From Candidatus Latescibacterota bacterium (lineage in GTDB: Bacteria; Latescibacterota; CBDEFO01): a stretch of 64,000 nt of DNA. Shown here in pieces: positions 29,443 through 39,350 of the stretch; within the stretch, counting starts at the first letter, position 1; each line of letters begins with the position of its first letter. A program made the position numbers and the translations under genes. The notes beneath the pieces are model-generated. The model was given only the letters and a program-made list of their open reading frames with translations. It searched no databases and was not told the origin of the DNA. The DNA lies in assembly GCA_965248755.1 (NCBI GenBank), contig OZ252149.1:3008001-3072000 (forward strand). Reading direction: 5' to 3'.

Positions 29443-31440
29443 ATGAAAAGGAGGATTAGCATGGATTGGAAGATCAGTATAGTAGCTTTGGCGCTTGCAC
29501 TTTCGTTCCCTTTTTCAGCCTGGTCCGATGTTGTAGGAACAACTTACTCCACCATTTTGGTTGAAGATCCAAAGATTACTTTAAATGGGGATTTAGCAGA
29601 CTGGGAGAAGATAGGGTTAGAGCCAGTCAATATTGAACATTTCTGGTTTGGACCCACAACAGATGCGGCAGACATTTCGGGAAACTTCCGGACTTTTGTG
29701 AGTAGGGATCACCTATATATAGGGGTTAAGGTAAGCGACGACCTGGTGTGCTCAGGCACTACATGGGGCAGAAAATGGTTTCAGGATGATGTCGTGCAGA
29801 TATCTTTTAATGGGGATCTGGACGCTGACAAGATACCGGTGTTTGAGATATGGGAGAAGGACTATTTCGATCTCAACGACGGGGAGATACAGATTGTGGC
29901 GGACGCACCGGGAAAGGTTCATCTGGAAGGTTCAGGAGTCTTTTTCTATCCCGTGACAGATCCCTACGATCAGGAGATTCCGTATACATGGGAGCTTTTA
30001 GGAGTAGAGGCAGTAGTTAAGCGTACAGATACAGGATATATAGTTGAAATGCGTATACCTAAAGAAGTATTAGGTGTGGAGCAATTCGTTCAAGGAACCC
30101 AGATCGGTTTGAATGTGCGAATTATAGATGATGATGATGGGGGAGAACATGACAATGTTTTAAGTTGGACTAGAGAAAAGGAAACCGAGGGTACGATACC
30201 CTATGGGATAGTACAGGTAGAAGCAGTTCCAGCGGCTTCCGAGTTGGTAGATTTAGTTGTTGGGGAGGTGAAAGTAGAAGAAGGTTCACAAGAGCTGTTG
30301 GTGACTATGGAGCCGCAGGAGAGCTCAGAAGTGCACGCTATTTCTGCTCTTATCTCCGAAGGAAAGGTAACTGAAGCTCAGGCCAAATTGGAGGAATGGG
30401 TCGAGATCCGTAAGGAAGATACGCAAAGAAGACGGGCGGTGTACCTTCTGGGGAGATTTTACTGGCAGTCTGGACAGTATCAGAAAGTGATTCAGACAAT
30501 GGAAAAACTTGTGCATCTTTCATCATCAGAGATTGTAAGATGCCAGGCTCTACAGGTGATGGCTAATGCGTATGATGCCTTGGGGGAATATCAAAAAGCT
30601 ATTACGAGTTGTGAGCAGATACTCAATATTGTAGACTCAGGTTCATATGTGGCAAAGTATGCGACCGTAGAAATGGGGCTATATAAGATCAAACTGGGAG
30701 AATATGAGCAAGGCTTGCGGATGTATGAAGAGGCCTGGAAGGAAAGAGAAGGTTCTCGACTATTAGCGTTTGGAGCTGCTTATCAAGGACAGGGTATATA
30801 TAAGGATGCCATTGCCCAATATGAGAGTGATGTCGTACAAACAGTGCATCCCAGGATCAAACTGGTAGGACTTGAGCAAGTGGCGAAGATGTATGAAGAG
30901 TCTTGGGAGGTTTTGGAGCGTAGAAAAGATTCCCCTGGGCAAAGCTGGGTATCAATTCTAATGGCTTTAGTGTACGTTTATGAACAACAAGGAAGACATA
31001 GGGAGGCCATTGCCCAATATCAGAAAGTAATGGAGCTATATCCCAACCTTGAAGCATTGGCTCAATATTCGATAGGCCACAATTACTGGTTACTGTTTGA
31101 AGTTGATCGTGCTATCGTGGAGTTCGAAAAGGTACTGGATAATTATGCTGACGTTATTTCTAAAGAGTACCTTGCTAATACACAAAATTTCTTGGAACAA
31201 CTCTATGCTATTAGAAGAAATTATCCCGGAGAGGAATGGAGGGTAGTCGGAGAAGCTTTGGATATGGTGAATGCTGGCAGATATGAGGAAGCTGCAACCA
31301 TATATAAAGATCTCCTTGACCATGTTCATGAGGGCCTCAATGGCCGACTCATTCGCAATGTAGCTGATATGTTCCGCAAACGGGGAGTGTTTAAGGAAGT
31401 CTTCTCCGAATTCCTGGAATTGCAGGGAATTGAACAGTAA
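29443..31440 (+). CDS. Secreted CBM9/DOMON-like sugar-binding domain + TPR protein
   Basis: ITLNGDLADW..LYIGVKVSDD..GYIVEMRIP..IGLNVRIIDDD followed by multiple TPRs. Confidence 0.8.
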   Translation: MKRRISMDWKISIVALALALSFPFSAWSDVVGTTYSTILVEDPKITLNGDLADWEKIGLEPVNIEHFWFGPTTDAADISGNFRTFVSRDHLYIGVKVSDDLVCSGTTWGRKWFQDDVVQISFNGDLDADKIPVFEIWEKDYFDLNDGEIQIVADAPGKVHLEGSGVFFYPVTDPYDQEIPYTWELLGVEAVVKRTDTGYIVEMRIPKEVLGVEQFVQGTQIGLNVRIIDDDDGGEHDNVLSWTREKETEGTIPYGIVQVEAVPAASELVDLVVGEVKVEEGSQELLVTMEPQESSEVHAISALISEGKVTEAQAKLEEWVEIRKEDTQRRRAVYLLGRFYWQSGQYQKVIQTMEKLVHLSSSEIVRCQALQVMANAYDALGEYQKAITSCEQILNIVDSGSYVAKYATVEMGLYKIKLGEYEQGLRMYEEAWKEREGSRLLAFGAAYQGQGIYKDAIAQYESDVVQTVHPRIKLVGLEQVAKMYEESWEVLERRKDSPGQSWVSILMALVYVYEQQGRHREAIAQYQKVMELYPNLEALAQYSIGHNYWLLFEVDRAIVEFEKVLDNYADVISKEYLANTQNFLEQLYAIRRNYPGEEWRVVGEALDMVNAGRYEEAATIYKDLLDHVHEGLNGRLIRNVADMFRKRGVFKEVFSEFLELQGIEQ

Positions 31441-31569
31441 GACTAACAATTATATTGGGTTAGATTCCCGGCAGAAGAGAAGAGTATTGTCTTTATGAAC
31501 CACAAGTCCATATTGAGCAGAACACCATAAGGTTGGTAACCTTTAAGTGGTATGGGAAGGGAGATAAAG

Positions 31570-32088
31570 ATGAAGCCAAGAGAAATTATAATTCTGTTTG
31601 TCATGTTAATAGTAACAGCGTTTTTGGGGAGCAGTACTTATGCCTGGCATGACAATATTCATGCGTTACAGGGTCAGTATACGAATAGGGGTATAAAAGT
31701 GCCAGATGCTAGTAAATTCTGTTCTACTTGTAGTGCTACATTTTTCAATTCTAATGAGATTAACAGTAACGACGGTAATCCCGACTTCTACTATGATGCA
31801 ACTTTCTGGAGCGATATGGACTATGCCCGTGTGCTGAACGGGCAGGTTGATCTAAATAGTGCTTACAGAACTCCAGACCATGATATTGATGAGGGTGGGG
31901 TGCTAAACAGTCTCCATCAATATGGTAATGGCGCAGATGTAGGCGCAGTAAATGGAAAGGCTTGGAGTGCAATGTCCGGTGATGAAAGGGATGACTTCAA
32001 AAATTCGTTCGATTCAACTTATGAATTTACTGAATATGAAAACAACAGCCATCTTCATGTAGAACGGGGTGGATATTGCGATTATTAA
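31570..32088 (+). CDS. Secreted peptidase M15A-like (Hedgehog/DD-peptidase fold) protein
   Basis: SAYRTPDH..GGVLNSLHQYGNGADV..HLHV resembles the M15A SxH..AxD..HxH signature; signal peptide present. Confidence 0.65.
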   Translation: MKPREIIILFVMLIVTAFLGSSTYAWHDNIHALQGQYTNRGIKVPDASKFCSTCSATFFNSNEINSNDGNPDFYYDATFWSDMDYARVLNGQVDLNSAYRTPDHDIDEGGVLNSLHQYGNGADVGAVNGKAWSAMSGDERDDFKNSFDSTYEFTEYENNSHLHVERGGYCDY

Positions 32089-32201
32089 ACTGATGGAACT
32101 GCATATACGCCGAGGCGTCTGGGTAATTAGAAGATTCACGCACAGCTATTCCATTTCAGAGTTCTTATAGTAAGTTCAACGATACTTGAAAGGAGCACAA
32201 G

Positions 32202-33029
32202 ATGGGACAAAAACTCTCCCTACCACTATCATTCTTTGTAGGTGTCACTTTGGTTCTTTACACTATTCTTTGGATACCTATTAATGTGAATGCGTCCACC
32301 TTGCCTGATCTGAAGGGTTGGACTTTTTCAGATGATGATGCTCAAATCATCAAGTATGCTGATATGCATTCTGCAAGTGCTGTGCTTAGTAAATTGTACA
32401 CGCTTTTCATAAAAGAAGGTAAAGAAGCGGTGATAGAATCTGTACCCGCGTTAGTATATAGATTCCATGAGCTAAGAAAGATACCGCCGGAAAAGCATGG
32501 AGGCGAAGGTCAAGGAGAATTTGAGGGGTCGATTATAGATTTCTTGGGCAGATTAGGCGATGAGCGCTCCAAATCCGCTCTGCTAGAATCAATGGAGTAT
32601 CACTGTCGAGCAGCAGTCAAAGGACTGTTAGCTATTGGACACTCGGTAGTTCCAGACATTATCAATTTAATAGGTAGCCCTCGAGTGAGAATGAAAAAGG
32701 GAGCCATAGAAACCCTTCGTCAGATGGGTAAGTTGGATCCCACTTTTTTCACTAAAGATGAACGAGATAAAATCAGGAACAGACTTGTAGCGCTCTTGGA
32801 GAATGAGAACGTCAAGCCCGGTGAGAATTACAGTTTTAAAGTTGTCTTGGCCTTAGACGTCTTTGGTGATCTTTCCACAATCCCTATTCTGGAAAAGATA
32901 GCGGAGCAGGATTCATTCATTAATTATGGTAGATACCCAACAAGGATCGCAGCACAGAAGGCAATAGAAGAGATAAAAGTTGCGCAGCAATCAAAAAACG
33001 TGATACCGAGCCCTGTGAATTCTGAGTAA
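32202..33029 (+). CDS. Exported HEAT-repeat protein
   Basis: Signal peptide; LGRLGDERSKSALL and ALDVFGDLSTIPILE repeats. Confidence 0.7.
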   Translation: MGQKLSLPLSFFVGVTLVLYTILWIPINVNASTLPDLKGWTFSDDDAQIIKYADMHSASAVLSKLYTLFIKEGKEAVIESVPALVYRFHELRKIPPEKHGGEGQGEFEGSIIDFLGRLGDERSKSALLESMEYHCRAAVKGLLAIGHSVVPDIINLIGSPRVRMKKGAIETLRQMGKLDPTFFTKDERDKIRNRLVALLENENVKPGENYSFKVVLALDVFGDLSTIPILEKIAEQDSFINYGRYPTRIAAQKAIEEIKVAQQSKNVIPSPVNSE

Positions 33030-33307
33030 TATATGTATGGGTTCCATATTTCCAGATCGAGGTGGTATGATTTGGAATATTTATGAAATCGATGGCAGTA
33101 TGTCAAATGTTTTGAAGAAGTGCATGATCGCCTCCTTCATTGACATATCTACTATCACAGCTCAATTTCTTTAAGTAAACCACCATTACTAAACCACATT
33201 CTGTTCCGCTTTCCCAAGTTTATCTGCAAGAGAAATTACTTCGTTTCTGACAACTGCAGCCTTTTTAAGGCTGAAATCTGTGAAATCACTCAAAGTCCTT
33301 CAGAATC

Positions 33308-33513
33308 CTATATATCATCCAAACTCCTAATTTCCCTCACATATTCAGCCCCACACTTCACCAGCATATCTTTGATCAGGAAACGATGGCAGAACAAATC
33401 TGCCCGGCAATAGCAGACAAGCATCACCTCTTCCATGTTGAGGACCTTATCCCACCTTTGACTGTTGTACTGATTACTCTCCTGCATCAAAAAGAATATT
33501 GGCGAGTGTATTC
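33308..33513 (-). pseudogene. DUF488-like C-terminal fragment next to IS3
   Basis: WDKVL..VMLVCYCRADLFCHRFLI motif; frameshifted at its 5' end. Confidence 0.5.
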
Positions 33514-34779
33514 TGTACTGCCCCCCTGGAAAGCGACACCGATTAAGCAACTTGGGGTAGCAGATATTATTGTTTTCTCCATTCTTGCAGGGTCTTGTAT
33601 CCCAGGGATGAATGAAGCCTGTTCTTGTTGTAATTATCGATCCACTGAGATATGATCTTCTCAGCCTGTTCAAAGGATTCAAACTTGTGAAGCCAAACAC
33701 ACTCTTGCTTGAGGGTCCTGAAAAAACGCTCTACAACACCGTTCCAATCGGGTTTACCACTTGGTATGTATTCCTGACGAATTCCCCAATATTCGGTACT
33801 GGCCAAATAGGCCCGAGCCAAAAAGATGGAACCATTGTCAGAGCGCAAAGTGAGACCCTGGGGGACAGCCTCCTTGGAAGTGTATCGAGAGATCACGGCC
33901 CGATCCAGGGCATCTGTGGCCTCCAGTGCCCTCCCTTTTCGACTAAAACGATACCCAGGAACCTCCCGGCTTCCGTTGTCCACCACCGCAATAAGAGGAC
34001 ACCAACCATCTTTTCCACAGTAAATCTTTGTCAAGTCACTCGACCACAAACTGTCGGGACTATCCACCACAGAACGCTTCTGGGCAACCTGTGGCCCCTT
34101 TCTCCCGGGACGATTCCACAGCTTACACTGCCACCCCTTAAGCTTCATTATCCTATGAACCTTCTTAACGTTGACACATTCCCCTTCCTTGAAACGAAGA
34201 TGCGCCCAAACCCGCCTGTGACCAAATGCCTCTTCTTGGTCCAGTATCCCTCGAATACGAAAAGCAAGCTCCTCATCTATCACAGGCTCTTTAACAGAAG
34301 AACTGACACCTCTATCCCTAAACCTATACAGAGTCGAACGATGCAAACCCAAAGCCAAAGCTACCACCTTGCGGGAATAGCCTCGACCCAAAAACCGCCC
34401 ACTCAAGGCAACCGCTTCGTTTTTTTTAGACGGGCTACCTCTTCGAGTATCTCCAACTGGAGCGTCAACTGCCCTACCTTGCGCTCCAACCGGCTAACCT
34501 CTCGCTCCTTCGGATCCTTGCGACCACGCCGAGACTTCAGACTCTCCTGGCCCCCTTCTAAGAAACTATCACGCCAAGCATACGCCTGCGACTGGCTAAT
34601 TCCATTCTTACGACACACCTCAGATAGATCTGCTCCTCTCAAAAGAGCCAACACAATCTCTCCCTTACGGGTCGCCGTCCAGCGCTTACCATCTTTCACT
34701 TCGGGGCTCGACACCTTGACCTCCCTTCTCAAACCCCAATTTGCGAAATATTTGTCGCTCTGTCAAGGGGAGCGGTATG
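33514..34779 (-). mobile_element. IS3-family element, copy 2 (orfA 34403-34732, orfB 33567-34406)
   Basis: Identical to copy 1 except the last ~85 bp; 4-bp target duplication ATTC. Confidence 0.92.
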
Positions 34780-34974
34780 ATTCATCCTTAAACGTCTTGT
34801 GAGTCTTCCTGCCTGCTGCCCTGTCTGATGCCAGAGGCAAAACAACTATAAGTGCAAACGCTATGATTAGTGCCATTGTAACAATGTTAATCAATCGAAA
34901 CATGAGTCTCTCCTTCCGTGTATTGAAGGTAGCTTAATGATACTAAATATTTAACCCCAAATATACAAAAGAAA

Positions 34975-35391
34975 ATGACGGATGCTAATTTAGAAAATTT
35001 AGAGGGTGAGAAGTTCACCTTATCGCAGATGAAAGGGAAAGTAGTGCTCTTCGACCTCTGGGCGACATGGTGCGGTCCCTGCATAGACGCCATTCCGGAA
35101 ATCCAGAACGTTCACGACCACTTCAGCTTCGCAGATGATGTGATAATCTGGGGCATAAACAGCGGAGAACATCCCGATAAGGTGGGGGCGTTTATGGAGG
35201 AGCACAAGCCCCCCTGGCCTATTTTGCTCAACCAAAAGCGCGAAGTCAACAAAGCCTATGGCATCAGTGGCATACCGACCTTTATCCTGATAGATAAAGC
35301 CGGACGCTGGCAGCACACTCGTATAGGCTACAGCGAGTGGCTCGGTCAGGAATTGATCTGGTTGATTGAAGCCCTTCGGGCAGCGGATTAA
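34975..35391 (+). CDS. TlpA/ResA-like thioredoxin domain, probably a truncated C-terminal part
   Basis: KGKVVLFDLWATWCGPC..YGISGIPTFILIDKAG; no signal peptide. Confidence 0.8.
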   Translation: MTDANLENLEGEKFTLSQMKGKVVLFDLWATWCGPCIDAIPEIQNVHDHFSFADDVIIWGINSGEHPDKVGAFMEEHKPPWPILLNQKREVNKAYGISGIPTFILIDKAGRWQHTRIGYSEWLGQELIWLIEALRAAD

Positions 35392-35600
35392 GCTTCCTTG
35401 ATTTGGTGTCGATACCGCCACACAGTGTCATTTGTTTTTCAGTAGGCAAGATGAGTATTGAATGAACGTCGCACTGAGCTTGGGAATCTCTCAAAGCTGA
35501 AGCCGAGCACCGTCATTGCGACCTCCGATTGACTCTATCGGGGGCAACGAACCAATCTCAAGGGATGGGGGGATGTATCACCTGTCTACTGTCCACTTGT

Positions 35601-37163
35601 TTAGTATCCTGTGATCCTGTTTCGGGTCAACGCTTGTCGTCTTCCAGCAGTTGTTCTCCCGACCCGCGGCGCTCGCATCACAGGTGCGGTCTTGAGCATC
35701 TGCAGGGCAATAGCCTGAGCGATCACTCTATCATCGTAGCATCCTTCCTGCGCACCCATACCGCCAGTCTCATCTCTCACAAATGTAAACATCTCTTCCA
35801 CGGTCTCCCTGCTGTTCAAGGTAACACCCTCATCTCTTAATGATCCCGCAAGTTCATCGATCATTAAGGGCTTAGTTCTGGCGTTAGTCAGCCATCCTAA
35901 TTTTCGTGAATACCTTGACGGTGAGCCTTTAGTTTCCCTGTCCACTGTCTGGCGGTAATAGACATTGGGATAGCCAAGGTAGCGCTTAAGCGTAACCAAA
36001 GTAGTCAACCCGTGGCCATTTGCCTCCACACCTACAAAGGCATCGTTGTAGAACCTCCCCAGCTTAAAAAGTTCGGTCCCGAAAAGATCAGGATCGGTAT
36101 GGCCGTGCCATTCAGCCACCTGCTCCCCCGTATCTCTTCTGACCACTTGAGCGGACGAGTAATCGCCCTTTTCGAGTCCCTCTGATACATCGGCGCCGAT
36201 CACGTACAGAGCGCCACTCTGCGGAGGCTCCCATATCTTTATTGGCCCATCTTTGGAATGTTCCAGGACGGGCCCAGAATGCGTGTCCGCACGCGCAGGT
36301 AGATCGGACGGTCTGAACCCTTCGGAAGAAATCGTGTCCATATGTAGAAAGCCTCTCGTCAAACAATCCTTACAACCGTCTAACGACACCCTCAGGAGGG
36401 CGGTATCGAACACACATCTTCCACTTATGGAGACAAAGCGCCCCCTGACCCTTATCTCCTTCTCCTCTTCTGAATAGTTCCGTTCCACCCGTTCTATTTC
36501 TTCTTTGGGGATGTAAGGATTATCGTTGAGTGCCGCGGAGAATATCGCTATATCAGGGTCAGAGCTATTTTTGTATATGTGCCTATAAAACCAGGTGAAT
36601 CCCTTCAGGGGCGTCATAGTCCCCCAGATTTCACCCTTTACGTCAACTGTTCTCATAAAACACTCGCGATAGATATCTTCAGGCGGCTCTTCATCGAACC
36701 ATATCCAGTGTCTTGTTACGCCCTGGAATTTATCCCTTCCGGAGTCACACGACTTAAAGCCTATTTCTGACCCATTTTTGAGTTTGATAATCCGGTCGGT
36801 TCTGTTCCAGACATCTATCTGGGATTCGGGCAGATATTTTCTGATCTTTTGCTCTGCGACATCCCTTGATGAAGAAAAGTCAGACGAGACGATCCATCCG
36901 AAATTTGGGACTGGGATATTTCGCTGGGGAGTGAAGCGGTGCTTCCCCAAAGCGAACATAACCACCTCTACAGCGCCAGCCTCTGTCTTCCCAGCTCTAT
37001 TTCCTGCGATAAACCAACGATTGCGCTTGGTAGATCTGTGAAATAGCCTCTGCTTTGGATGAGGCTCATACTTGGACAGAGCAGACGGAAGCCATTCGGC
37101 CTGCCGTTCGAGTTCATCAATTACAGCCTCAACTTTCTGATTGTAGCGCTTCTTTGAGTTCAT
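35601..37163 (-). CDS. terL: Terminase large subunit
   Basis: PHPKQ, Walker A AGNRAGKT, Walker B IWFDEEP, TMTP, nuclease YVIGADVSEG..GDYS and YDDRVIA. Confidence 0.93.
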   Translation of the reverse strand: MNSKKRYNQKVEAVIDELERQAEWLPSALSKYEPHPKQRLFHRSTKRNRWFIAGNRAGKTEAGAVEVVMFALGKHRFTPQRNIPVPNFGWIVSSDFSSSRDVAEQKIRKYLPESQIDVWNRTDRIIKLKNGSEIGFKSCDSGRDKFQGVTRHWIWFDEEPPEDIYRECFMRTVDVKGEIWGTMTPLKGFTWFYRHIYKNSSDPDIAIFSAALNDNPYIPKEEIERVERNYSEEEKEIRVRGRFVSISGRCVFDTALLRVSLDGCKDCLTRGFLHMDTISSEGFRPSDLPARADTHSGPVLEHSKDGPIKIWEPPQSGALYVIGADVSEGLEKGDYSSAQVVRRDTGEQVAEWHGHTDPDLFGTELFKLGRFYNDAFVGVEANGHGLTTLVTLKRYLGYPNVYYRQTVDRETKGSPSRYSRKLGWLTNARTKPLMIDELAGSLRDEGVTLNSRETVEEMFTFVRDETGGMGAQEGCYDDRVIAQAIALQMLKTAPVMRAPRVGRTTAGRRQALTRNRITGY

Positions 37164-37536
37164 CGATCTTTCCTTCGATCAGGTCCTCAAGTTCACTTCT
37201 GATCAATCTCTGCTTATCCTCTCCGCTGCTTACTTCCTCTACCTTTTTATCCTTAATCTCACTTAGTATCTTATGATAAAGACTCAGAGCAGTCATATTC
37301 CCCTCATCCATCTGCTCTTGTAATCTCATAACGAACTTGAACTCCAAAGACCTTAGGTACTGCTCCGTAAGGCCCTGCTCGAAATCCACAAAGGCGCTGT
37401 CCCTTTGCCATTGGTTATAAAGCGTTATGCTGACCTTTGCCTTCTTAAGCGCCTTTGACCTATCTCCTTGGACATCTGCATCCATCAGCGCCTCAAAGTA
37501 GGCCTTTTGCTTTTGATCCGCTTCAAAATCGGACAT
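37129..37536 (-). CDS. terS: Putative terminase small subunit
   Basis: HTH-like ALKKAKVSITLYNQW..DSAF; EGNMTA; overlaps the terL start. Confidence 0.7.
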   Translation of the reverse strand: MSDFEADQKQKAYFEALMDADVQGDRSKALKKAKVSITLYNQWQRDSAFVDFEQGLTEQYLRSLEFKFVMRLQEQMDEGNMTALSLYHKILSEIKDKKVEEVSSGEDKQRLIRSELEDLIEGKIDELKEALQSES

Positions 37537-37584
37537 AGTACCTTCCTTACTAAACAACAGTGCACTATTTACCGGACAGACATA

Positions 37585-37652
37585 AATATAAAACAAACCC
37601 TGTGGTTAGTCAAACCGCAGGGTTCGCTATCTTCCGCTATCTTCCTATTTGG
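37585..37652 (-). promoter_or_regulatory. Promoter of the terS-terL unit
   Basis: Minus strand: ATAGGAAGATAGCGGAAGATAGCGAACCCTGCGGT-TTGACT-N17-TATATT. Confidence 0.8.
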
Positions 37653-37833
37653 GAAAGAATTCTTTGTTTAAGGCTTAACAGACCCAGTCTAATGAAGAAA
37701 AAGATAGACAATAGACAGGCTGCTCTCTCACTATCTACTGACAACTTGCGACAAAACAGATGGGAGGATGTGCCCTGTCTACGCCCGATTGCATCCCCGA
37801 TTGAATCTATCGGGGAGCGGGGGCTACTGTCAC

Positions 37834-38595
37834 CTATCTACTGTATTCATACGATTCACCCGGCTTTAGCTTAATCACCTGTGTCCCAGGAGACAGGAAC
37901 TGGACTTCCTCTCTCAGCTGATCTATATCGGCCCTTTGATTCGGGAAAGTGTCGTAGTGGCAGGGGATCACGATTTCTGGTCTGATCAAAGACGCCGCCC
38001 TTGCGGCTTCCCTTACCCCCATTGTATATTTGCCGCCGACCGGGAGTATAGCGATCTGGGGGCTGTACATTTGACTGATCAGAGCCATATCACCGAAAAG
38101 ACCCGTATCCGCCGTATCGTACAAACTTATGCCGCTGTCCGTCCTGATCACATACCCGGCGACGCTCCCATCAGGTTCATACTTCATGGAGTCGAACCAC
38201 TCAGCCGTATGCAAGGCAGTGGAGTGAAGAGCCTGCACCATAGTAAATGTCGTGGGACCGATCGTACAGGATCCTCCGGTATTTAGGGGGCACGAGTACA
38301 ACTCATTTTCCTCGGGCGCCCCGTCGTATGTAATACCCTGTTGCGCTGCATAGGACCCTATCTCAGGGCTGCCGATAAGCACAGCCCCAGTCTGTTTGAC
38401 TACCTGGATGGAGTCCCCCAGGTGGTCTACATGACCGTGCGTCACGCAGACGACGTCAGCCTCAGTCACATCCACGACCTTCAAGTCCGACGCAGGATTA
38501 TCATTCAACCATGGATCGATGTAGATCGTCTGTCCCTCGTCCGTCTCGAACATAAACGAAGCGTGTCCTATGAACTTAATCTTAATACTCGCCAT
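37834..38595 (-). CDS. Metal-dependent hydrolase (metallo-beta-lactamase fold, UPF0173-like)
   Basis: THGHVDH, DTGLFGDM, PVGGKYTM and IPCHY motifs. Confidence 0.88.
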   Translation of the reverse strand: MASIKIKFIGHASFMFETDEGQTIYIDPWLNDNPASDLKVVDVTEADVVCVTHGHVDHLGDSIQVVKQTGAVLIGSPEIGSYAAQQGITYDGAPEENELYSCPLNTGGSCTIGPTTFTMVQALHSTALHTAEWFDSMKYEPDGSVAGYVIRTDSGISLYDTADTGLFGDMALISQMYSPQIAILPVGGKYTMGVREAARAASLIRPEIVIPCHYDTFPNQRADIDQLREEVQFLSPGTQVIKLKPGESYEYSR

Positions 38596-38730
38596 AGTTT
38601 TCCCTCCTTATCTAATTTGGTTTGTGCTCTACCGGTAAGGTCAACTCACGTCAATCCCTTATGCCGATATACGCCTCCCCGAGAAGCTTGGCGAGGTTCC
38701 TTACCTACCGTCATATCTGGGAAAGACGGG

Positions 38731-39069
38731 TCATGCACATCCCGGACCCTTGACCTCTTTTTCCGCCGTATCGGCAGGGAGGAGGCTTGGGGCGAATCCT
38801 TCGGGGTCGGAGCGGTGCTGATCGAGCAGCGCTTGCAATTGCCCTATTACCTTCTCCTTGGTGGAGAGTCCGTACATATAGATTTTCATGGGGGCGATCA
38901 GTTTGAGATAGAAGTGATTGCCCGCATCGTGCGCGGCCGAACAGGCACTCGGATCCTGGGCGACCTGGAGCAGGTCTCCAAAGGTCTCCGCAAATTGGGC
39001 AAGCACCGGTTCTTCGTGAAGGTCCTGCGGGATTTCCGGAAATCTTACTATCAGTTGTTGAACTGTCAT
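38731..39069 (-). CDS. Hypothetical protein
   Basis: RBS GGAG and coherent codon usage; 112 aa. Confidence 0.6.
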   Translation of the reverse strand: MTVQQLIVRFPEIPQDLHEEPVLAQFAETFGDLLQVAQDPSACSAAHDAGNHFYLKLIAPMKIYMYGLSTKEKVIGQLQALLDQHRSDPEGFAPSLLPADTAEKEVKGPGCA

Positions 39070-39350
39070 AGCTCTTCTTCTCCTTACTTATATTAGACAC
39101 TTACTCGAGTTGACGACGATTTCATGATACTTCAAACTCTTATGTCCCGTCCTTCTTTTTTGTTGTGGGAATCGTATTTCTATAGGCCTTTGGAAAGAAG
39201 AACCTGCGCCTGATTCAGATGAGATTTACAAGCGTTATCAAGATCCTCTATCATCCTCTGCAGACATCCCGGCCAGGGATGGGCAGAACTGCTTTCCTAC
39301 TGGGCGAGTGGACGACCCCCGATTCAACCTTGCGGGGGCAGACCTCGCCC

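Noticed and set aside
10073..37536. Capsid-forming PICI or P4-like satellite
   Set aside because: It has a P4-type primase and HTH gene, but no integrase, and it encodes its own podovirus-type nozzle and lysis genes. A decayed ordinary prophage is not excluded.
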